From contig JBDKSP010000071.1 in NCBI GenBank assembly GCA_039680575.1, forward strand, positions 32,001 to 96,000: a stretch of DNA of 64,000 nucleotides, given 5' to 3'. A program made the translations under genes and the position numbers. The DNA is from Armatimonadota bacterium (GTDB lineage Bacteria > Armatimonadota > UBA5829 > DTLH01). Shown here one piece after another: positions 1 to 7,467 of this stretch (the stretch's first letter is position 1; each line of letters begins with the position of its first letter). The notes under the pieces are model-generated. The model was given only the letters and a program-made list of their open reading frames with translations. It did not search any database and was not told the DNA's origin.

Positions 1-799
1 CTCTCCGCTCGATCTCGCGCTTGATGTCCTCGAGACGCCCGAAAATATCGTAGGGATAAGTATATCTCGCATACTGCTCGACGATGTCATCCGTCTCGAA
101 CGGCATGGAAAACTGCCGCTGGACCTCGTTGAAGACTACTGACGTTCCGCGTTCCTCCAAAAGCTGGTATAGGTCGTTAAAAATCGAAGGAATACCCGCA
201 TAACCGAGCCTTATCTGCGACTTTTTCGGCTCGCGGGACTTCGTTTCTGCTATAAAACTATCTATTTCTCGCTCGAACTTGTCCGGGTCGCCCCAGAAGT
301 CGCTCGCGCTCACCTGCCAGAGGTGGTTTTCGAGCCCTGAGACCTTACCGTCTTTCCAGGTCAGCTCATCGACCTGCCAGACTTTCCTGCGGATGCCGTC
401 CAGCTGCGCTTTCCAGTCATAGACATCCGACCAGTCCGCATCGAGGCGGTCTGCCAGCTTGCGGAGCTGCATCGCGAGTATATCCCGGTCACGACCGTAT
501 GGAAACGCGAACGGGATGATCTCAACACCCATCATTTCGAGCGTTTCCATCATCGCCTGCGTCTGGCTGCAGTCGCCTTCCACAGCAGCGATAACGGTTT
601 TGATCCCCTTCGCAAGCGCGGTGCCGTAGATCCCCTTTATCCACCCGCAGACGTTTCTGGGGTAACCGTCATGCTCCGCGCGAATGACCATCTCCTGCGG
701 ATCATCCGAAGCTATGAAGATGTTGTTCAGGTCTACCGGCACATGTCCGGCTGCGTAGACTACCTCTATTGGGACTGTTGTTGTAATTCCGATTTCCAT
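1..799 (-). CDS. 2-hydroxyacyl-CoA dehydratase (HgdB/FldB-like) family protein, 3' part outside window
   Basis: Not in the ORF track because it runs off the window edge. Manual translation from ATG at 799: MEIGITTTVPIEVVYAAGHVPVDLNNIFI...GYPRNVCGWIKGIY...EGDCSQT, typical of this family. Confidence 0.8.
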   Translation of the reverse strand, partial: MEIGITTTVPIEVVYAAGHVPVDLNNIFIASDDPQEMVIRAEHDGYPRNVCGWIKGIYGTALAKGIKTVIAAVEGDCSQTQAMMETLEMMGVEIIPFAFPYGRDRDILAMQLRKLADRLDADWSDVYDWKAQLDGIRRKVWQVDELTWKDGKVSGLENHLWQVSASDFWGDPDKFEREIDSFIAETKSREPKKSQIRLGYAGIPSIFNDLYQLLEERGTSVVFNEVQRQFSMPFETDDIVEQYARYTYPYDIFGRLEDIKREIERR

Positions 800-840
800 T
801 TTTATTAGCTATCAGTTATCAGCTTTCAGCCGTCAGGCTT

Positions 841-907
841 TGAATCGCGAATTGCGCGAAGCAGCACGGAAAACGCGAAAAAGGATTGGTGGAGATTTAT
901 GCTTCGG
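841..907 (+). repeat. Dispersed ~75-bp repeat family A (9-bp periodic CGCGAA units + GGATTGGTGGA..GTGCTTCGG)
   Basis: Related copies at 36405-36479, 45760-45833 (-) and 51277-51350. Confidence 0.85.
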
Positions 908-962
908 CCATTTGAGATCCTTCGCCTACGGCTCAATAGGATGACATATCAATCAAGCACAA

Positions 963-992
963 CGTCATGCTGAACTTGATTCAGCATCCAGG
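963..992 (+). repeat. CGTC-tagged palindromic REP-like element
   Basis: cgtcatgctgaacttgattcagcatccagg; near-identical copy at 54849-54878, related copies at 4190-4280 and 4289-4321. Confidence 0.8.
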
Positions 993-1026
993 AATACTTA
1001 TCGAATTAGTGGAAAATCGTGCTTCT

Positions 1027-1052
1027 CCCCGTGGCCCAATAGGTCCACGGGG
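1027..1052. repeat. CCCCGTGG..CCACGGGG palindromic repeat
   Basis: Related copies at 37428-37453, 54693-54718 and a degenerate one at 48524-48548. Confidence 0.8.
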
Positions 1053-1125
1053 TAGGATGAACCGCGGTCCCGAAGCATAGTGCTGCTTCCGCAATCCAAA
1101 TTTTTGTTCCCTGTTCCCTAAAATC

Positions 1126-1875
1126 CTACCTTATCCCCAGCGCCTTGTGCAACTGAGGGAGGATGCGGACATCGTCGAGTTCTTCGGAGGCTATCGCATG
1201 CATCCTCAGAAGCTGGGGGAGCGCCGGCGGCTTAGTCCCTTCATCCGAGAACGGAGTGACCGGCTGCAAAATCAGCGGAACAGGCTTCGCTCCGGCTATT
1301 GTCTCTGCACACCGGCGGATTTCGGCATCCGTAGTCTCCGATGTCACTACAGCCTTTACGAAGACCTTCGCGCGTTTCGCAGCCTTCAAAAATCTTGCAT
1401 GCAGCTCGAACAGGTCTCCGACACTCGATGCGGACTGGAGCTTGAAGTCCATCGCTATCACATCCACCTGCCCGGCAAGCCGCGCGACTTCATCCGGCTT
1501 CGTCCCGTTCGTCTCAAGGTGGACACGGTAGCCCTTGCTCCTGAGCGAAGGCAAAAGTTTGACCAGAAAATCACTTTGCAAGAGCGGCTCGCCGCCGGTC
1601 AGTGAAACGTCTCCGTAAACTGCGAGTGACTCGATAGCTTCGACTACGTCATCCACCACGAGAGGGTTCTGCATATACGCGAAATCGCCTCTGCCCGGAG
1701 TCTTTTCGACCGAACAGAACGGTTTTTGCCTGTCCCTGGACGTCGGTGTGTCGCAGTAGTCGCAGTTCAGATTGCAACCACAGAAACGGACGAACACCTG
1801 TGGACGCCCCGTATAAATTCCCTCGCCCTGTATCGAGGTGAATATCTCTGATATAAACGCTGTCGGTGAAGACAT
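1126..1875 (-). CDS. queE: 7-carboxy-7-deazaguanine synthase (radical SAM)
   Basis: EIFTSIQGEG, CxxxCxxC (GCNLNCDYCDT), LTGGEPLLQ, ETNGT, C-terminal PQLHK. Confidence 0.93.
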   Translation of the reverse strand: MSSPTAFISEIFTSIQGEGIYTGRPQVFVRFCGCNLNCDYCDTPTSRDRQKPFCSVEKTPGRGDFAYMQNPLVVDDVVEAIESLAVYGDVSLTGGEPLLQSDFLVKLLPSLRSKGYRVHLETNGTKPDEVARLAGQVDVIAMDFKLQSASSVGDLFELHARFLKAAKRAKVFVKAVVTSETTDAEIRRCAETIAGAKPVPLILQPVTPFSDEGTKPPALPQLLRMHAIASEELDDVRILPQLHKALGIR

Positions 1876-1897
1876 AGTGTAATTCCTTAATTAAATA

Positions 1898-2767
1898 TTA
1901 TAAAGCTTCTGCCGCGATCTGCGCAGCCATCTCATAATCCCCAAAAGGAGGCATAAAGTATGCACCTGCAGCCAAATCCTTTGCCTGCCGCAGAAACTCC
2001 ACAGCAATATCGATGCCTGTCGCCCGCGCGTGTTCCTCGTCGGCATTTCTTATACGCATTCTGATATGCTCCGGGACGTCAATTCCCGGCACTTCGTTAT
2101 GCAAATATTCGGCATGTTTCGAGCTTTTTAACGGGAGCACGCCGACAAGTACGGGTATTTTACTACCTTCGACCAACTTTGCAAACTTTTCAAGGACTGC
2201 CAGATCGTACACCGGCTGCGTGAGGGCGAAATGAGCTCCGGCCTCCATTTTCTTCTCCAGCCTGCCGATCTCCTTTGGAAGATCGCTCGAAGCCGGATTG
2301 ACCGCCACTCCAATGCAGAACTTCGGCGGCTCGGAGAGCGAATTACCCGCGAGGTCCGTCCCGCTGTTCAACCGGCTGATTACCCGCACCAGTCCTTCGC
2401 TAGTTACATCGAAAACACCTGTTGCCTGCGGATAATCCCCGATGCTGACCGGGTCGCCGGTCAGCGCAAGCACGTTGTGAACCCCAAGCGCATAAGCGCC
2501 GAGGAGGTCCGACTGCAGGCTGAGCAGGTTTCGGTCCCGGCAGGTCATATGCAGGATCGTATCTACACCCATGCACTCGCGCAAGAGGTGGGCAAGCGCA
2601 ACCGGACTCATCCTGACCCTTGCCATAGGGCTGTCAGCGATGTTTATAGCATCGAACCCGCGCAGGACGGATGCTTTTCCGATTGTTTTCTCGATGGCGA
2701 CACCGCGCGGCGGGTCGATCTCCACTGTAGTTACGAATTTTTTTCCGAGTTTGTCTCTAAGCGCCAT
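1898..2767 (-). CDS. Methylenetetrahydrofolate reductase (YitJ C-terminal-domain type)
   Basis: VEIDPPRG, INIADSPMA, HMTCRDRN, ALTGDP, ALTQPVYD, LHNEVPGI; GGAGG RBS upstream. Confidence 0.85.
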   Translation of the reverse strand: MALRDKLGKKFVTTVEIDPPRGVAIEKTIGKASVLRGFDAINIADSPMARVRMSPVALAHLLRECMGVDTILHMTCRDRNLLSLQSDLLGAYALGVHNVLALTGDPVSIGDYPQATGVFDVTSEGLVRVISRLNSGTDLAGNSLSEPPKFCIGVAVNPASSDLPKEIGRLEKKMEAGAHFALTQPVYDLAVLEKFAKLVEGSKIPVLVGVLPLKSSKHAEYLHNEVPGIDVPEHIRMRIRNADEEHARATGIDIAVEFLRQAKDLAAGAYFMPPFGDYEMAAQIAAEAL

Positions 2768-2771
2768 TGAG

Positions 2772-3635
2772 TTACCTCCCCAGCGCCTTAGCGATTGCGC
2801 GGATGTGCTCTGGAGTAGTCCCGCAGCATCCGCCGATTATCGCCACGCCCAAATCAGCAAACTGGCGGGCATAATCGGCCATGTACGCCGGTCCGCTGAC
2901 ATATACCAGTCGCCCGTCCACGAACTGAGGAAATCCTGCGTTCGGCTGGGCTATGACCGGTTTTGTGGCGACGGCAACCATTTCGCGCACTACGTTCAAC
3001 ATATCATGAAACCCTGTGCCGCAGTTAGCGCCGACGACATCCGCACCGAGCTCCTCGAATGTCTTGACAGCGGTCGCAGGGTCGACTCCCATCATAGTCC
3101 GGCCTTCCTGCGAAAACGACATCTGCGCGACTACCGGAATCCCAGTCGCCTTTGCGGCACTCACGGCGGCGGTGGCCTCGTTCAGATCGGCCATCGTCTC
3201 TACGAAGATGACATCCACTCCGCCTTCTTTCAGCGCTTCGGCCTGCTCATCGAAGACTTCGCGGGCTTCATCGACCGAAAGCGCGCCGTAAGGTTCCAGA
3301 ATCTTCCCTGTCGAACCCATAGAGCCTGCCACAACGATACCGCCTTTTGCTTCTTCTCTTGCTATCCGCGCGCCTGCCAGGTTGATCTCCCTTACGGAAC
3401 CGGCAAGTCCATGAGCTGCAAGCCTGATGCGGTTGGCTCCGAATGTGTTCGTTTCGAGGATTTGCGCTCCAGAATTAGCATAATCGTGGTGGATTTGGCG
3501 GATAAGGTCTACATTGGTCAAATTGATACTGTCGAGGCACTGGTCCATCCTGCCGCTTCGGCGGTGGATCTCCGTGCCCACAGCACCGTCGCAGATGACC
3601 GGCTTATGCTCGATCAGGTCGAGAAATTTGCTCAT
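2772..3635 (-). CDS. Homocysteine S-methyltransferase family protein
   Basis: DGAVGTE, ETNTFGAN, GANCG and GGCCGTTPEHI Zn-ligand motifs; ATG at 3635 overlaps the queD stop (TAATG). Confidence 0.88.
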   Translation of the reverse strand: MSKFLDLIEHKPVICDGAVGTEIHRRSGRMDQCLDSINLTNVDLIRQIHHDYANSGAQILETNTFGANRIRLAAHGLAGSVREINLAGARIAREEAKGGIVVAGSMGSTGKILEPYGALSVDEAREVFDEQAEALKEGGVDVIFVETMADLNEATAAVSAAKATGIPVVAQMSFSQEGRTMMGVDPATAVKTFEELGADVVGANCGTGFHDMLNVVREMVAVATKPVIAQPNAGFPQFVDGRLVYVSGPAYMADYARQFADLGVAIIGGCCGTTPEHIRAIAKALGR

Positions 3636-3997
3636 TATTCCTCCCAATAGCTGGCAGCGGCTGAATCAGTCTCCCAGACAGTAACTTTCTTTACCTGGCT
3701 GGCGAACTTTTTGCTCATTTTTCCGTATATGTAGCAGGCAAGGTTCTCGGCTGTTGGGTTGGTCTCAGTGAAATCCGGCAATTCGTTCAGGTACGTATGG
3801 TCGAGCGATTTCATTATATCTCTTAAGGCCGACCGGACAGACCTAAAATCGGCAGCCATCCCGATCTTGTCGAGGTTCGGCGTGCGAAGGAGGACCTGCA
3901 CCTTGTAGGTGTGCCCATGCAGGCGTTCACAGTCTCCCGGATAGCCGCGAAGACAGTGTGCGGCATCGAATTTCTCTTCAACAAGTATATCGAACAT
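3635..3997 (-). CDS. queD: 6-carboxy-5,6,7,8-tetrahydropterin synthase
   Basis: FDAAHCL..C..LHGHTY, LDHTYLN, PTAENLA, VWETD; start at ATG 3997 after AAGGAAGG. Confidence 0.92.
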   Translation of the reverse strand: MFDILVEEKFDAAHCLRGYPGDCERLHGHTYKVQVLLRTPNLDKIGMAADFRSVRSALRDIMKSLDHTYLNELPDFTETNPTAENLACYIYGKMSKKFASQVKKVTVWETDSAAASYWEE

Positions 3998-4063
3998 GGG
4001 AAATACCGCCTTCCTTGACGGAATTGCGAAATGTCCGCGGTTTGCTGCTCCGCGAACTGTGAT

Positions 4064-4092
4064 ATTATACCTATGGTAGAGGTACGCGTCAA
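4064..4092 (-). promoter_or_regulatory. sigma70-type promoter of the queD operon
   Basis: TTGACG-17 bp-TATAAT on the minus strand. Confidence 0.75.
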
Positions 4093-4101
4093 GAATCGAC
4101 C

Positions 4102-4180
4102 GTAAGAGTTCACTCTTAATGAGAGATTGTACATCAATCTGAATAACCCGCACGTCATCATGGAAGGACGTCACCCTTAA
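4102..4180 (+). repeat. 79-bp direct repeat, copy 1
   Basis: 70/79 identical by eye to 10432-10510. Confidence 0.9.
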
Positions 4181-4202
4181 CAACCAGCACGTCACCCTGA
4201 AC

Positions 4203-4268
4203 TAAGGAGTTTCAGGTATTACCTGAAACTCTCCCCGGAAGATTTTCGGCTATAGCCGAAAATCCATA
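4203..4268 (-). mobile_element. TA-flanked two-hairpin MITE-like element inserted in a CGTC-REP
   Basis: Hairpins GAGTTTCAGG/CCTGAAACTC and GATTTTCGGC/GCCGAAAATC; removing the element and one TA restores cgtcaccctgaac-ta-gattcagggtc. Confidence 0.65.
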
Positions 4269-4408
4269 GATTCAGGGTCCATTCTTTTCCTGGATGCTGA
4301 GTCAAGCTCAGCAGCATGACGTTGTGGTCATTCGGAATGATGTTATACTCATCAACTCTGAACTATTACAAAGAATGGGTAGAATCAAAAGGGGATGAGG
4401 GTAAAAAC

Positions 4409-5125
4409 GTGGCTGTTGAAACTCGAATTACGATCAGTTGTGCAAGTCATAATGGCTCGAAAGAAGTAAATGAAGACGGGTATCTTACGCTCGTGGGTGA
4501 GTCGGCACCATGTGGAACGCTCGGACTCCTGGCTGTGGCTGACGGCATCGGCGGGCGGGCGACAGGATCGCAGGCAAGTGAGCTTGCCCTGAAGACCCTC
4601 GCGGAAGTCTTTTCAGCCGGATGCACTGTTGCGAATAAATCTGTGTCGGATGTGCCTCACCTGCTCAGGTTCGCGCTCCAGAAGGCAAATGCGGCCGTCT
4701 TCCGTGCCCAGACAGAAGATGAATCCCTTAAGGGGATGGGGACTACATGCGTCGCCGCCGCTCTGACGGATAAAGAGATCCACATTGTCTCCGTCGGAGA
4801 CAGCCGGGCTTACATATACCGGCATAATGACCTCATACCTCTCACGAAAGATGAATGGATAAAACAACCGAACGGTGTGACGCTGGTCAACCACGCGGTG
4901 GGCTGGCAGCCGCTGCTCCCGGTCGAGCCTTCCAGTGTCGAGGCGCAAGCCGGAGACCTGCTTCTCCTATGCACGGACGGACTGACGGACGTGATCCCGG
5001 AGGAGGTAATCCTCGAAGTGCTGGCTTCCTGGGATGACCAGACCTGCACATTGCTTACCGATGCTGCCGCGCTTTATCCGAATTCGGACAATGTAACGGT
5101 AATTATTGCGAGAATAGAAGATTAG
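4409..5125 (+). CDS. PP2C-family Ser/Thr protein phosphatase
   Basis: NED, VADGIGG, GMGTT, VGDSRAY, LCTDGL, DNVTV; probable GTG start at 4409. Confidence 0.9.
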   Translation: MAVETRITISCASHNGSKEVNEDGYLTLVGESAPCGTLGLLAVADGIGGRATGSQASELALKTLAEVFSAGCTVANKSVSDVPHLLRFALQKANAAVFRAQTEDESLKGMGTTCVAAALTDKEIHIVSVGDSRAYIYRHNDLIPLTKDEWIKQPNGVTLVNHAVGWQPLLPVEPSSVEAQAGDLLLLCTDGLTDVIPEEVILEVLASWDDQTCTLLTDAAALYPNSDNVTVIIARIED

Positions 5126-5256
5126 ATCATACCATTTGTCATCTTATACCTTGACAATGAGTCAAAAAAGGAACAATCTGGAACGCAGGCAAGTCTTTGT
5201 AAGTAATTTAGCAGCCTGGCAGGGTCAGATTGTGCCATCCACAAGGGAGACGACAA

Positions 5257-7413
5257 ATGCGTATCGTAATGCTTTTCTGCTTATCTGTTTTATCACTTGC
5301 TTCATCCATACCGGCAAGCGCCGAACCGCTCAAAAGTAACAGCATCAGCATCACGGATCTTCTTAAAATAGCCAGAACTGCTTCCAAAACCGAGCTTTGG
5401 GCCAGTGATTCGGTAGCTGAAGACAAACTTTCGGTGTATGTAGACCCATCATCCGTGGATAAGGTAGAGCAGGGGCTCGACCTCTTGCCGGGATACCAGT
5501 GGATAAGCATCAAACCGGCAGATGGAACCATATATAAGGTGCTTGGGCCGGACTATATCGAAAGAAGCAAGTGGCGCAGCCTCGCTGACGCCGCAGATGA
5601 GGAAGAAAGAAGAAAAGTCAGGGAATTTGTGGAAAAACGCCTCTCCGAATATAGAGCTGCGATGGCTCTTACCAACGATGAACTCCAAGCACTTGCCGAG
5701 ACAGACCCGCGACTTGTGTATGATCTTACCACCCCTTCCTTTCGTGTGGAAATAGAATTGCTTACCAGCTTCAACAATGAGCAGTTGAACCAGGTCTTAA
5801 GCCCGCAGGGTCTGAAAGTAAACGTCCGTGATTTGCCTGCAGACATGCAGGAAAGGTTTCTCGACAGTAAGGTTCGAGGAATGGTGGATGAGCCAGCTAA
5901 AAGATTGGCAAAAAAATACGGTGCTAATGCCCCAAGCGCAAAAGAGTTGCTGAAAGTGTTTGTTAACACCGGAACTCTACAATTCTCCGGTTATGGTTCG
6001 GGCGGGTTTACTGTGGACATCAGATCGGATGTTCCCTTGTTTGGAGGGTATCAATCATCTATTATAGGCCCCACATATACAGATAATTATTGGATTTATG
6101 TATTGAATCTAAGAGAAAAGACCATGTCCCGGGAAGATGCCTGGGATTTATGGAAAGCAGAAGAAGATCATTTCGACAAATTACGAACTGATGCTATGGC
6201 AAAGGAAAAAGAGACCCGTTTTGCAGAAGCCCCTCCCAGATTCGGCTCGAGGAATGCCCCTGATTTTAAGATAGACAGACAGCTTCTTGATAAACCTGTA
6301 GTGGAAGGATATCCCTATTATCGAGGCGTGGAATTCGTCCAAAGCGTCTGCAGCCAGAAAGGCTGTTCACTCTTTGCCCTTGAACCTTATCGGAACCGTG
6401 GATTAAAGGCAACCGATGATATGCAGTTCCGTTATGCTCTGGACCTGGCGATGGATAGTCTGGGTATTCTTAAGGACTATCTGGGTGATTATGTCTGGGC
6501 TTACCAGGATGATCAGCTAATCCTCGCTCCCAGGCATTTTGAAGATAGACTCGCTGCAGGTATACCGCTGTCTACTATAAATAAACTCCGAGCCATTGCA
6601 GCGAAAACCAACGGCACATTCGATCTTGACGGCCTGGCGGAGGCGGTTCCACTACTTAATCAGAGACAGATCGATGCTTTACCGGAGAATGCACCGGATG
6701 ACCTAAGAGCTACAGGTATAGACTATGTTAAGGAACCCGCCGTAAGGTTATATGCTTCCCTCAGTCCACGCCGGCGTGTAAAAGCATGTAATGGAGGTGT
6801 CTCATACACAGTATTGGAAAATAAACAGAGAGCCCTGTTCTATGAGGCGTTAGGAAGAGTTGTAAATGCAGTGGATTTGCTTCCTGAACCGTCTTATTTC
6901 AGTGTCGATGATCGTGATTCCCAAAATGGCAGGTATCACCTCATAACATTTACATTCGGCTTTGCCGATGAGACAGCCTTGCCGTTTGATCTTAGATTGC
7001 CAGCACGCAAAGATAATAGTAAAACCGCTCAATCTGCTTCCAAGGCTGATGCTAAGGCAGAACCGACACAGCCGCAGGTGCTTACGGTGATGAAATCCCT
7101 TGCAGAATGGAACTATATCGGCAGGAGAGAGCATGATGATGATAATGAGCTTAAGGCAATCATGTATTCTCAAATAGGAGAGAGGCCGGTAAAACGAATA
7201 TTAAAGGTGGGAGAAACCCTGGAAGGCGCGAAACTGGTTGAGATCGGAGCAAAATTCGTTACATTCTCGCTTGACGGCGCACAAATCACTTTCCCAATAA
7301 CACAGGCAACTGCACTTGCACCATTCGATCCGAAAGTTCCATCAATCTATACATCCTGGATAGGTATAGATGAGACTTGGACGGGTATTCTGAAGAAAGA
7401 GAAGGGTGAGTGA
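5257..7413 (+). CDS. Secreted hypothetical protein, paralogue 1
   Basis: Signal peptide (MRIVMLFCLSVLSLASSIPASA), GGAG RBS; paralogous to 7468-9663. Confidence 0.8.
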   Translation: MRIVMLFCLSVLSLASSIPASAEPLKSNSISITDLLKIARTASKTELWASDSVAEDKLSVYVDPSSVDKVEQGLDLLPGYQWISIKPADGTIYKVLGPDYIERSKWRSLADAADEEERRKVREFVEKRLSEYRAAMALTNDELQALAETDPRLVYDLTTPSFRVEIELLTSFNNEQLNQVLSPQGLKVNVRDLPADMQERFLDSKVRGMVDEPAKRLAKKYGANAPSAKELLKVFVNTGTLQFSGYGSGGFTVDIRSDVPLFGGYQSSIIGPTYTDNYWIYVLNLREKTMSREDAWDLWKAEEDHFDKLRTDAMAKEKETRFAEAPPRFGSRNAPDFKIDRQLLDKPVVEGYPYYRGVEFVQSVCSQKGCSLFALEPYRNRGLKATDDMQFRYALDLAMDSLGILKDYLGDYVWAYQDDQLILAPRHFEDRLAAGIPLSTINKLRAIAAKTNGTFDLDGLAEAVPLLNQRQIDALPENAPDDLRATGIDYVKEPAVRLYASLSPRRRVKACNGGVSYTVLENKQRALFYEALGRVVNAVDLLPEPSYFSVDDRDSQNGRYHLITFTFGFADETALPFDLRLPARKDNSKTAQSASKADAKAEPTQPQVLTVMKSLAEWNYIGRREHDDDNELKAIMYSQIGERPVKRILKVGETLEGAKLVEIGAKFVTFSLDGAQITFPITQATALAPFDPKVPSIYTSWIGIDETWTGILKKEKGE

Positions 7414-7467
7414 TACCCTATTTTTCATCATTTGAACTCGTTGGGCTATAAATAAAGGAGACGACAA

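Noticed and set aside
2571..3650. 359-aa plus-strand ORF and other long antisense ORFs (20372-21103, 27283-28062, 30522-31307, 32043-32960)
   Set aside because: Shadow frames opposite well-supported genes in GC-rich DNA, with no motifs or RBS.
3998..4060. preQ1 or SAM riboswitch in the queD leader
   Set aside because: Only a short cgcgg/ccgcg hairpin; no preQ1-I A-rich tail or SAM-I core recognisable.
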